Origin: Thermodesulfobacteriota bacterium
Lineage (GTDB): Bacteria > Desulfobacterota > Desulfobacteria > Desulfobacterales > C00003060
Length of the DNA: 64,000 bases
NCBI GenBank assembly: GCA_034189385.1
Contig: JAXHVD010000001.1
Location: 322,646 to 386,645, forward strand
Direction of reading: 5' to 3'
Shown here: positions 19,340-28,387 of the stretch, piece after piece
Layout: each line of letters begins with the position of its first letter
How positions within the stretch are numbered: position 1 is the first letter of the stretch
Made by a program: the position numbers and the translations under genes
The notes under the pieces: generated by a model
What the model was told of the DNA's origin: nothing
Databases searched by the model: none
The model's input: only the letters and a program-made list of their open reading frames with translations

Positions 19340-20413
19340 TTACCCTCCTGAATATGCTTTGGGTCCGCCGTATGCACCCATATCGTTCTTTGATCCGTCC
19401 GGATCATGATAGATCGGGTCAGGATTGCCAGTGTCTCTGCATGGGGACGCTGGCCTCAAGCGAAAATCGCCGTCCTTTGGGTTTACAAAGAGTGGATCAG
19501 CAGAGATATTCCCATTCAGGCCCCTGAAGCTACCGTCGCCTATGTCTGAATGATCGGGTCTGGAGGAAGGATTAAACAGCCCTGAATAGAGGTCATCCTC
19601 ATTGTTCCACAGAATCGTATTGATAATCCTCACAGAGCCTTTGTCAAAGAACAGCCCCCCTCCATGAGAGGCGGAATTCGCCGTAATCGTATTATTGATG
19701 ATCGTACAGGCCGACCGGTCACAAGAAATTCCACCACCTGATTTTCCCTGGTTTTCCCATATGCAGTTGTTAGTGATGCGGGGAGACCCCTTGTAGCAAA
19801 AGATGCCACCGCCGGCATTAGATGCCTCATTTCCTACTATCTTGTTGTTGCTGATGTTCGGTGAGGCCCTGTACGAGGCAATGCCTCCTCCAAACCTAGT
19901 AGCCTTGTTTCTCGATATAACATTGTTCGTGATGATGGGAGAAGAGTAAGGAGCACAATGGACCCCACCGCCAACGACTGCGCCATTTTCGGTAATGATG
20001 TTGTTCGTGATGGTGGGAGAGGATGAAGGAGCACAATAGACCCCCCCACCTTCAAGGCTTTGGGTAGCCTTATCGTCCATGGTCTTGATGGTAAATCCAT
20101 CGATAACGGAGTGAGAGTTTTCTACAAAGGTGATCACAGGACTGTTTCCCATTCCTTCAATGACGGTTTTTCGGGGTCCATGTGCACTTTTCAAGATGAT
20201 GGACTCTTTGCTGATCGTGATGTTCCCAGAGTAGAGCCGGTGTGTGCCTGACGCCACTATAATGGTGTCGCCAGGTTGAGCGGCGTGGATAGCCTCTTGC
20301 ATCGTCAAGTACTCATGGGGAACCCGAAGGGTGTTGGGCGAGGCATCGGTGGCAACCACCAACATGGAGACGATGGCCCACAGTGCCGTTTTAAACAAAG
20401 TCACCTTTTCCAC
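19340..20413 (-). CDS. Secreted beta-helix repeat protein
   Basis: GGGV/I.C...SP.ITNN repeats; DPLFV..DFRL..SPC.D.G...NDMGAYGGP tail. Confidence 0.85.
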   Translation of the reverse strand: MEKVTLFKTALWAIVSMLVVATDASPNTLRVPHEYLTMQEAIHAAQPGDTIIVASGTHRLYSGNITISKESIILKSAHGPRKTVIEGMGNSPVITFVENSHSVIDGFTIKTMDDKATQSLEGGGVYCAPSSSPTITNNIITENGAVVGGGVHCAPYSSPIITNNVISRNKATRFGGGIASYRASPNISNNKIVGNEASNAGGGIFCYKGSPRITNNCIWENQGKSGGGISCDRSACTIINNTITANSASHGGGLFFDKGSVRIINTILWNNEDDLYSGLFNPSSRPDHSDIGDGSFRGLNGNISADPLFVNPKDGDFRLRPASPCRDTGNPDPIYHDPDGSKNDMGAYGGPKAYSGG

Positions 20414-21579
20414 CCAACGAAATCCACGCCCGCCGTGAGATTGTCATAAATATGATTGCGCCTCATCATAGAGGCAGGGACATTTAACAGCCTTATTCCG
20501 GCAGTCAAATTGCCATGGATCTCATTATCCTCAATGATCGCTTCGTCCACGTTAAACAGGGATATGCCGGCCAGTGCGTTATCAAAAATCGTGTTGAACA
20601 TGATCTCAACCTTGTCTATCTTGGATGATAGAATGCCAGCCTTCAGGTTCCCGTATATCTTGTTATTCTCAATAACCGCCCTGATATTGGTCTCTGCGCC
20701 ACCGAGGCCCCTTAGACCAATACCGCCCCTTCTGTTATTGCATAGGATATTGTTCCGAATAATTAATGCCTGGTCCCGGGAATCCAGATTGATACCGCCA
20801 ATGCCGGCGTCATTTCTGGTACATAGGTTGTTCTCAATGATCGGGCGGGCATATTCTCTGATCCCAATACCCGGTGCCCCCGGATCTTTATCCGTGGCCC
20901 CGGGAAACCGATTGTCAAATATCTCATTATCGGCAATAAGGGCAGCAGAATTCGGCCCATTGGAGATTCCAGGGCCATGATTATCGTAAATGACATTGTT
21001 TCGAATAAGGGGGCTGGCCACTGTCTCAAGGGGTGGGCCCATCCCTATCCCCAAACCAGTGGATATCATGCCGCCCCAGCTGCGATTTTTTGCCACGATG
21101 TTGTTCACCACTTCAGGGGAACAACCTCGAATCTCGACTAAAAAGAGGTTGATGCCGGAGCGGTACTTGGGCATATTCACGATAGTGAATCCATCCAACC
21201 TCATGGGGGCCGTCGTGTCCTTGGGAAAGCTAATCAAATAGCCAGGGGCCTCGATGCCGGTGCCGTCAATGATGGTCCTGGCTGTCCTTTTGAGTATCTT
21301 CTTCTCTCCGGGGCCATCCACTAGGTCATTACCGTCGGTGCCTGCAAAGCTCACCAAGCTCACCCCTTCCGTGATCTCGATGCGCTCGTTGTATGTGCCC
21401 GCTTTCACATAGACCGTGTCCCCAAAGCGGGCTGCGTTCATGGCTTCTCCAATGGTGGCGTAATCTTCTGGTACGAAGATCTCCCCAGCCCAGGCTCCAT
21501 GGGTACTCCAGACTGTCAGAACCAGAAACAAAAAGCCCGTTTTGAGGTGCACAATCAACCGATTTCTTTCCATAATCAT
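20401..21579 (-). CDS. Secreted beta-helix repeat protein
   Basis: Signal peptide ending AWA, VPEDYATI.EAM.AA..GD start, NxIxxNxxAGI repeats. Start likely 21579 or 21573 (a TACTAT -10-like box lies just upstream), not 21795. Confidence 0.82.
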   Translation of the reverse strand: MIMERNRLIVHLKTGFLFLVLTVWSTHGAWAGEIFVPEDYATIGEAMNAARFGDTVYVKAGTYNERIEITEGVSLVSFAGTDGNDLVDGPGEKKILKRTARTIIDGTGIEAPGYLISFPKDTTAPMRLDGFTIVNMPKYRSGINLFLVEIRGCSPEVVNNIVAKNRSWGGMISTGLGIGMGPPLETVASPLIRNNVIYDNHGPGISNGPNSAALIADNEIFDNRFPGATDKDPGAPGIGIREYARPIIENNLCTRNDAGIGGINLDSRDQALIIRNNILCNNRRGGIGLRGLGGAETNIRAVIENNKIYGNLKAGILSSKIDKVEIMFNTIFDNALAGISLFNVDEAIIEDNEIHGNLTAGIRLLNVPASMMRRNHIYDNLTAGVDFVGWKR

Positions 21580-22003
21580 TAGTTTTTGATAGTAACATAC
21601 TTTCAGGGGTTGCGGCAAACACATTCTAGTAGCCATGGCCGTTTGCTCCCATGTCCAGCCCCCATTTGCGGAACATCCAGGCGTAGGACTGCCAGAGGCT
21701 TTTTTGCTCAAATTTCCACGCCAATTGAATAAAATAAGGCTCTCGTATAGCGATGTCAAAAGTCTTCGCCCATGGGAGTGAGGCCTTTTTGGCACAACTC
21801 CTTCTCACGTGACTCTGGAAGCTCTTTGATCCACCAGGGCGGACCGCTTAGTTCGACGGAGTGGGGAATGGGTAGCCCCAAAAACCCAACGTGGGCGTTC
21901 GGGCGCTTTAGGCAAGGCTCTCGGCGGGACGGTTGCCCTTTTTCTTGGCAGGAGGCGTGAAGAGGTCTCTTTACAGGTGTCAGGCGAGTTCCCGTCTAGC
22001 CCC

Positions 22004-22032
22004 TTGACAGGAAGGGGCTAACCTTGTATTCT
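22004..22032 (+). promoter_or_regulatory. Sigma-70 promoter of the metal ABC operon
   Basis: TTGACA-17-TATTCT; the -35 sits within the inverted repeat TAGCCCCTT-N6-AAGGGGCTA. Confidence 0.7.
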
Positions 22033-22042
22033 TACGTCAAAT

Positions 22043-22172
22043 TGAGCGGCTGAAGCCGCTTTTGTTCAGGGGCTGTCTAGGGGAAGAGTCCAACATACCG
22101 GAACGGTTCAATCGTGCTACGAAGGCACAGTGTCACGAGGAGGTGACGTGTTTCGTAGCTTTTTTGTTGAGA
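22043..22172 (+). ncRNA. Candidate cis-regulatory leader RNA (riboswitch/attenuator), copy 1
   Basis: Hairpin AGCGGC-TGAA-GCCGCT; CAACA..TGTTG pairing; AATCG; long stem GCTACGAA..TTCGTAGC plus T-run just before the SD; homologous to 26117..26234. Confidence 0.65.
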
Positions 22173-22182
22173 GGAGAGAGTA

Positions 22183-22857
22183 TTGGCTGAGGAAGTGGGG
22201 TACAGAGAGGTCCTTATTGCCCCCCTTGAGGCCCGCCGCGAGGCCATAGGCTTGCTAGGGGTCATCGTCCTGATTGCCCTGCTCATGGCTTTGCGCTTCT
22301 CCCTGCTTACCGGGACAACACCACAACAGGGCTTGAAGGCCTATCAGCGGCCCGACACTGTATTGACTGGCCAGCAGCCGCTTCTCTATCGAACCCTTTT
22401 GAGTGTTGTGGACGAGGTAGTGGACTTGCGCGATCAGGAGGGGGAGTGGCCGGCTGTAAAGGTCTTGGAAAGGGAACATATCCCCCCCTTTGACAAGAGC
22501 TTTTTGCCAGTGGCACTCAAGAGCTACGTCTGGTCCCGTCACGAGGGGAACTCCTGGGTGGACTACTTCGGTGAGAATCCCAAGCGGGCCGACGCGGATG
22601 CTGTTGCCCACGAACCCACCAGCTTCTTGTTGCGAATCATTGATCTTCACACGGAAAATCACCCCCATCCCCACCCTGGTATCGATTACGACCCGAATAT
22701 GCGATTTGCAGCCCAGGTCTGGACGTATCCGGCCAAACGCCCTTATCCTGGGGAACGCGTGGTGGAATTCGGCTGGAAATGGATCGTGGGCCCAAGTGAC
22801 CGTTCCTTATGGGCAAATCAGGAGATATCTGAAGCCCCTGGCGCCAAGAAGCCATAA
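22183..22857 (+). CDS. DUF6162 / FpvK-like membrane-anchored protein
   Basis: Single N-terminal TM, WP.V..L....IPPF motif, HPHPH; first gene before an FpvCDE-like ABC system. Confidence 0.65.
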   Translation: MAEEVGYREVLIAPLEARREAIGLLGVIVLIALLMALRFSLLTGTTPQQGLKAYQRPDTVLTGQQPLLYRTLLSVVDEVVDLRDQEGEWPAVKVLEREHIPPFDKSFLPVALKSYVWSRHEGNSWVDYFGENPKRADADAVAHEPTSFLLRIIDLHTENHPHPHPGIDYDPNMRFAAQVWTYPAKRPYPGERVVEFGWKWIVGPSDRSLWANQEISEAPGAKKP

Positions 22858-22895
22858 GGATTTTAGGGAAAGCTATGAGTCAACGGAGGTGACGA

Positions 22896-23822
22896 ATGAA
22901 TAGAAGAATTCTCTCAGTGCTACCATTAGTGCCCTTTCTGGTGGCCCTGGCGTTTCATGTCCATTCTGGAGAAGAAAAAAAGCTGAATGTTGGAGTGACA
23001 TTGCATCCCTATTACTCCTGGGCGAGCAACATTGTTGGTGACACGGCCGACGTCACGCCCATTATTCCCACGGATGCGGACCCCCATTCTTATCAGCCAA
23101 GGACACAGGACCTGGCTAATCTCAGAAATCTTGATGTTATTGTCATCAACGATGTAGGCCATGACGAATACATCAGACCCATGCTAAAGAGTGCAAGGCG
23201 TGAGGATCTGCACACCATCAATACCAGCATCGGTCTCCCATTGATTCCTATCTTCCAACAGACGTACGCCTTTGAAGGAGAGGCGGCCTCGGCTGTTGCA
23301 TACAACAGCCACACGTACATTGCCATCACGGGAGCCATTCAGCAGATCAACACCATTGCCCGGGAATTGAGCAAGCTTCGCCCCGGCTATGCTGACCTTT
23401 ACAAGAAAAATGCCCGTGCATACGCTAAACGTTTGAGGCGGATGCTGGCGGCGGCCTTGGAAAAGGTCAACGCCCTTGATACAAGCAAGGTGAGAATAGC
23501 CACGGTTCACGACGGCTACGCCTACCTTATGCAGGAACTGGGGCTGGAGGTTGCGGCGGTCATTCAGCCCCGGCATGGCATCGAGCCCAATCCGCGTCAG
23601 TTGCAGGACACCATCAACCGGATCAAAGGGGCGGGCGTAAACGTTCTTTTCACCGAACTCGACTACCAGAAGCGATACGTGGACATCATCTATGAGGAGA
23701 CGGGCTGTCGGATCTATCGTCTGTCTCATATCTCCCACGGCCCGTATACGGCGGACAAATTCGAGCGGGATATTCAGGGAAACCTGGATGACATCATAAA
23801 AGCGCTGACCGATGCAAAATGA
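22896..23822 (+). CDS. Metal ABC transporter substrate-binding protein (ZnuA/TroA fold, FpvC-like)
   Basis: GVTLHPYYS, DPHSY, NSHTY, TVHDGY, HGIEP, LSHIS motifs. Confidence 0.9.
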   Translation: MNRRILSVLPLVPFLVALAFHVHSGEEKKLNVGVTLHPYYSWASNIVGDTADVTPIIPTDADPHSYQPRTQDLANLRNLDVIVINDVGHDEYIRPMLKSARREDLHTINTSIGLPLIPIFQQTYAFEGEAASAVAYNSHTYIAITGAIQQINTIARELSKLRPGYADLYKKNARAYAKRLRRMLAAALEKVNALDTSKVRIATVHDGYAYLMQELGLEVAAVIQPRHGIEPNPRQLQDTINRIKGAGVNVLFTELDYQKRYVDIIYEETGCRIYRLSHISHGPYTADKFERDIQGNLDDIIKALTDAK

Positions 23823-24588
23823 GACACCCAAACAACAAGGGGCTGGCGCCACGGTAGCGCGGCCTCTTCTTGAGGTAAAGGGGCTCTCTGTCTCCTTAGG
23901 GGGGGATCAGATCTTAGATGACGTTAATCTGGAGGTCGCCTCGGGCAGCATTCATGCCCTCATTGGGCCCAATGGCGCCGGGAAAACCACGTTAATCCGG
24001 AGCCTTATGGGTGGCATGCCCCACCGGGGGACGATTCGCTTCCGTTTTCGCAAAAGCGGGCGTATCGGTTATGTACCCCAATTGTTGGAATTTGATCATT
24101 CCGTGCCCATCACTGTGGGCGATTTCATTACCATCATGCTGCAAGATTCTCCGGTCTTCATCACTGGTATTAAGAAAATGCGACCGCAAGTGCAGCAGAT
24201 ATTGGCAGCCACAGAAAGCGACCATTTGCTCGATCGGTTGATAGGCGGGTTGTCGGGTGGAGAGATTCGACGGGTCCTTCTGGCCCAGGCCCTTGCACCC
24301 TTGCCGGAGTTGCTCCTCTTGGACGAACCGGCCAGTAACGTGGATGAACAGGGTGCCTTGCTCTTTGAGGAGATCTTGTTGCGGCTTAAGGAGGAGCATG
24401 GTCTCACCATCCTGATGGTAGGGCACGACACGCGCATGATCCTGCGCCTTGCTGATATGGTAACCAGTGTCAACTGCAGAGTTACTTTTAGCGGGCCCCC
24501 GACAGAATTAGAGGATGAGGAAAGAATGGCTGGATTGTACAAGGCATCGTCTTCGCCTACTGCAACGAGATCAGGAGGGCCCCATTAG
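23812..24588 (+). CDS. Metal ABC transporter ATP-binding protein (FpvD/ZnuC-like)
   Basis: GPNGAGKT, IGYVPQ, LSGGE, LLLDEP. Confidence 0.92.
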   Translation: MQNETPKQQGAGATVARPLLEVKGLSVSLGGDQILDDVNLEVASGSIHALIGPNGAGKTTLIRSLMGGMPHRGTIRFRFRKSGRIGYVPQLLEFDHSVPITVGDFITIMLQDSPVFITGIKKMRPQVQQILAATESDHLLDRLIGGLSGGEIRRVLLAQALAPLPELLLLDEPASNVDEQGALLFEEILLRLKEEHGLTILMVGHDTRMILRLADMVTSVNCRVTFSGPPTELEDEERMAGLYKASSSPTATRSGGPH

Positions 24589-25481
24589 TGGATTGGTTGT
24601 ACGAGATCATCAGTGGCTGGGCTAAAGCCGGCTATTTGCCTGGTATTTTCGAGCACACCTTCATGATCCGCGGCATGCTGGCCGCCATGATTATTGGCCC
24701 TGTTCTTGGAGGGTTAGGTACGGTGGTCGTGACAAAGAAGCTTTCCTTCTTTACCCAGACCATTGGCAATGCCTCGCTCACCGGTGTGGCCCTGGGACTG
24801 CTTCTCGGCGAACCAGTGGAAGGGACTTACGCTGGGCTGTACGGCTTCTGCCTAGCGGTGGCGTTGGTAATGACCTTTGTCAAGAACCGGAGCCGCCTTT
24901 CCAATGACACGGTCATTGGTGTGGTGCTGGCCCAGGTGTTGGGTATCGGCATTATCATGCTCTTGCTGGTGACCAGCCAGTTTAATATCCACCAGGTGGA
25001 GGGGATTCTTTTTGGAAGCCTCATTACGCTCACGGATGGCGACCTCATCACCCTGGTTTTTTCGTCCCTCGTGGTAGCTGCAGTCTTTTGCATCACCTTT
25101 AACCGCACTATATTGGTAGCCTTTAATCCCGTTCTGGCCAATGCCCGTGGTCGGAATCCGGTCTTGTTGGAATATGTTTTTATTACGCTCATGACCACTG
25201 TGGTCGTGGCCAGCCTCAAGCTCATCGGTGCCTTGCTGGTCTTGGTCTTGATCGTGGTGCCGGCGGCTGGCGCGCAAAACATCGTGGGGAACTTGCGCCA
25301 GTTTTTGTGGGTAAGCATCGCCTTGTCCACTATCAGCACGGTGTCGGGATTATTCCTCTCAGCCCTGGTGCCTGTGCCTAGCGGTGCGGTCATTGTCCTT
25401 ACTTCCAGCATATTGTTTTACGCGACCTTGGTGATGAGGCCGTTGTTTGGCCGGAGTGCCGTCAGGCAGGGAGATGGATAA
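24588..25481 (+). CDS. Metal ABC transporter permease (ABC-3, FpvE/ZnuB-like)
   Basis: Multiple TM helices, IGPVLGGLGTVVV, ILFGS, IGALLV. Confidence 0.9.
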   Translation: MDWLYEIISGWAKAGYLPGIFEHTFMIRGMLAAMIIGPVLGGLGTVVVTKKLSFFTQTIGNASLTGVALGLLLGEPVEGTYAGLYGFCLAVALVMTFVKNRSRLSNDTVIGVVLAQVLGIGIIMLLLVTSQFNIHQVEGILFGSLITLTDGDLITLVFSSLVVAAVFCITFNRTILVAFNPVLANARGRNPVLLEYVFITLMTTVVVASLKLIGALLVLVLIVVPAAGAQNIVGNLRQFLWVSIALSTISTVSGLFLSALVPVPSGAVIVLTSSILFYATLVMRPLFGRSAVRQGDG

Positions 25482-25569
25482 GACCTGTGGCGGCCTTTCA
25501 GGACGCGCAGCATTGGACAGCGAGAATGATATGAAATAGGGATTACTAGGATAATTAGGAGGTTATATC

Positions 25570-25980
25570 ATGAGGTGCAAAGTGAGACGATGGATCCATG
25601 ATGGCAACAGGTGGGTTACTACTTTTGGCATCGGTTTGATGATGGTGGCCTCTGCAGCCCTTGCCTATGCCCATGCCGCTGTATTGTGGGCTTACGTGGA
25701 GAACAACCACGTCTATGTGGAGGCCTTCTTCATGGGCGGTGACAAGATCAAGAACGGGCGTCTCATCGTAGTGGACTCAAACGGGAAGAAGCTACTGGAG
25801 GGAAAAACCGATGAAGAAGGAAAATTCGATTTTGCCCCTCCAGCGATGGACGATATGACCATTCTCTTGAGACTTGACAAGGCCCACGGCTCCGAGTTCA
25901 CCATAAAAAAAGAGGATTTTCAGCAAGACCAGGAGTGCCCAGAACAACCAGCCAAGTCGCCAGCCAAGCCCCCCAAGTAG
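25570..25980 (+). CDS. Small periplasmic protein with N-terminal His after the signal peptide (NikL/CbiL- or FpvJ-like domain)
   Basis: AYA|H, LLEGKTDEEGKFDF; similar to the N-domain of 28992..29675. Confidence 0.75.
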   Translation: MRCKVRRWIHDGNRWVTTFGIGLMMVASAALAYAHAAVLWAYVENNHVYVEAFFMGGDKIKNGRLIVVDSNGKKLLEGKTDEEGKFDFAPPAMDDMTILLRLDKAHGSEFTIKKEDFQQDQECPEQPAKSPAKPPK

Positions 25981-26116
25981 AGGGTGGTTGATTCTTGTGC
26001 CAGTGAGAAGGGACGTCTCGTTGCCTACCCAACTGTTACTGGGTCACACCGCAGAGAGATGGGTCTCTTTTCTGTTGACACCGGGGTCGGGTTTTGTGTT
26101 AGGTAGGAGGCTACAA

Positions 26117-26234
26117 TGGGGGCTGAAGCTCCTGATCGCTGGTCAAGGAACCCCAACAATTCACATGAAAATCGAGCCATGAAGGTTTCAGGTCTGCAGA
26201 AGGGACCGATGTTCGTGGCTTTTTTTGTTGGGGA
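26117..26234 (+). ncRNA. Candidate cis-regulatory leader RNA, copy 2
   Basis: GGGGC-TGAA-GCTCC hairpin; CCCCAACAA..TTGTTGGGG; AATCG; AGCCATGAA..TTCGTGGCT plus T-run; TTGACA at 26075 at nearly the same spacing as in copy 1. Confidence 0.65.
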
Positions 26235-26254
26235 GCATCTTAAGAGAGGAGGTA

Positions 26255-27028
26255 ATGATGAAGAGAGAAATGATGAGTTGTTTTCTGGTGGTGATTGCCC
26301 TCATGATGGCAGTTCCGGCCCTTGCCCATTACGGCATGGTTATTCCTTCGGATCAAATGGTCATGCAGGGAGAAGAGAGGGAAGTGGAATTGAATCTTCT
26401 GTTCTGGCACCCTTTTGAGGGCCACGGCATGGAATTGGTCAAACCGGCCGCCTTTGGCGTCGTTGCCAATGGCGAGAAGCAAGATCTGCTGGGTGCTTTA
26501 GAGTCTACGAAGACAAAGGGGCATCAGACTTGGGCCGCCACTTACAAGATCAAGCGGCCTGGGGTGTATGTTTTCTATATGGAACCGCAGCCTTACTGGG
26601 AGCCGGCGGAGGACTGTTTCATCGTCCATTACACAAAGGCTGTGGTAACCGCCTTTGGGGATGACGAAGGATGGGACGAGGAGATTGGCCTGAAGACAGA
26701 GATCGTTCCCCTTTCCAAACCTTATGGCCTGTATGCCGGCAATGTGTTTCAGGGGATTGTGAAGCTGGATGGCAAGCCTGTGCCCTATTCTGAGGTGGAG
26801 GTGGAGTATTATAATGAGGATGGCAAGTGCCATGCCCCCACTGATTACATGGTGACCCAGACCGTCAAGGCCGATGCCAACGGTGTCTTCACCTATGCCG
26901 CGCCCACGGCCGGCTGGTGGGGTTTTGCCGCTCTAAACACCTCAGATGCCAAAAAGAAACACGATGGCGAGGAGAAAGACATAGAGCTGGGGGCGGTCCT
27001 TTGGGTCCAGTTTCACGACATGAAATAG
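26255..27028 (+). CDS. DUF4198 periplasmic protein (NikK-like nickel/cobalt uptake component)
   Basis: [59 protein letters not shown]. Confidence 0.85.
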   Translation: MMKREMMSCFLVVIALMMAVPALAHYGMVIPSDQMVMQGEEREVELNLLFWHPFEGHGMELVKPAAFGVVANGEKQDLLGALESTKTKGHQTWAATYKIKRPGVYVFYMEPQPYWEPAEDCFIVHYTKAVVTAFGDDEGWDEEIGLKTEIVPLSKPYGLYAGNVFQGIVKLDGKPVPYSEVEVEYYNEDGKCHAPTDYMVTQTVKADANGVFTYAAPTAGWWGFAALNTSDAKKKHDGEEKDIELGAVLWVQFHDMK

Positions 27029-27104
27029 TAACTAAGGGCTTTACCCGGTGTCAGAAGACACGGGAGATCTATAAAACAGGAGGAAGGTTAAAAGGAGGAA
27101 AGAG

Positions 27105-28199
27105 ATGAAGAAACCGGTTTGGAGGCTCGTTGGGGTGCTTTGTGTTTTGGGACTATTTGCCGTTGTCAACAGTGGCCACGCCATGCAGGAGCATGTGGGA
27201 GAAGTGCTTTCCGACATCCACTTTAGTGGCTTGATCGAAGTGGGTGGAGCCTGGCAGGATTTTGACTATGATGAGGGCGGTAGTGATGACGCCAGTGATC
27301 TTTGTCTGACGACGTTGGAACTGGAGGCGGAGGCAGAGATAAACGAGTGGGTCAGTGTGGCTGCATTGCTCTTGTATGAAGACGCCACTTCTTTTGAGGG
27401 AGAAAACGATGAAACAGATGTAGACATAGAAGAGGCCACGGTGACCATTGGCAATCCTGACGAATATCCTTATTACCTCACTGCGGGCAAGATGGTTGTC
27501 CCCTTTGGGGCGCTGTTTACACACTTCCCAGATGATCCTCTCATGGATGTGCCTGTAACCCTGGTAATGGGGGAGACGATTGAGAAGGCTGTCCTGGTGG
27601 GCGCAACGTGTCCATTAGGGTTTACGCTGTCCGGTTATGTGTTCAGCGGAGATGTGGATGAGGACGAAGACAACAATGTAGAGAGTTATGGCTTGGACGT
27701 GAACTATGCCATGGAGGATGAAGAGGGTCTGGATCTGTTGATCGGCGCCTCTTACATATCCAACATCGCGGACTCAGACGTTATCGAGGAGACCCTCGAA
27801 CACCATGGCGTGGAGGAGATCGAGGATTACGTGGATGGCTTTGATCTCTATTTTCTCGCCGACTGGGCCGGTTTCTTTCTGGGTGCTGAGTACATGACCG
27901 CCCTGGATGATTTTGACCACGACGAGTTGCATACAGCCGGCGGTGATGGCGCTGAGCCAGAGGTATGGAACATCGAGGCCGGCTATAATCTGGAATGGGG
28001 CAGGAATCTAGAAATCGCCTTGAAGTACGCTGGTTCTGATGAAGCGGAGGGTTTGGATATTCCTGAGGACCGATATGGGCTTTGTCTGAACCAAGAGATT
28101 TGGGAGGGCGTTGTGGGCTCCGTCGCATACCTTCATGATGAATATGAGAATGATGATGAGAGGGACGTGCTGTACGGACAGATCGCAGTAGAATTCTAG
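27105..28199 (+). CDS. Outer-membrane porin (LbtU-family-like), very acidic
   Basis: Signal peptide, SGLIEV, LLYE, AGK..VPFG, GASYISNIADSD, C-terminal AVEF. Confidence 0.75.
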   Translation: MKKPVWRLVGVLCVLGLFAVVNSGHAMQEHVGEVLSDIHFSGLIEVGGAWQDFDYDEGGSDDASDLCLTTLELEAEAEINEWVSVAALLLYEDATSFEGENDETDVDIEEATVTIGNPDEYPYYLTAGKMVVPFGALFTHFPDDPLMDVPVTLVMGETIEKAVLVGATCPLGFTLSGYVFSGDVDEDEDNNVESYGLDVNYAMEDEEGLDLLIGASYISNIADSDVIEETLEHHGVEEIEDYVDGFDLYFLADWAGFFLGAEYMTALDDFDHDELHTAGGDGAEPEVWNIEAGYNLEWGRNLEIALKYAGSDEAEGLDIPEDRYGLCLNQEIWEGVVGSVAYLHDEYENDDERDVLYGQIAVEF

Positions 28200-28250
28200 T
28201 AGAACAGAAGGCAGATTGTCCAAAGTGTGAAGGACAACTCCCAGTGGTGC

Positions 28251-28296
28251 TGCCCCCACCTGCGCTTTTTTCATCAGAGAGCGCAGGGTGGGGGCA
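28251..28296 (+). other. Intergenic stem-loop between the porin and cbiM (mRNA stabiliser or partial terminator)
   Basis: TGCCCCCACCTGCGCT...AGCGCAGGGTGGGGGCA. Confidence 0.55.
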
Positions 28297-28387
28297 AGGC
28301 GCTTAAAGAGGGAGGAAATGTCCGTTACATCAGGGTTCTTTCCAAATCATCCAGCGCGGTGATTGCAGGAGAGGGAGTCATCCCAGC

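Noticed and set aside
21789..21806. TTGGCACAACTCCTTC as a sigma-54 promoter
   Set aside because: It lacks the -12 GC dinucleotide.
26116..26418. 100-aa ORF with AGGAGG as a leader peptide
   Set aside because: It overlaps the DUF4198 gene out of frame, the SD lies at the predicted transcription start, and copy 1 of the leader has no equivalent ORF.
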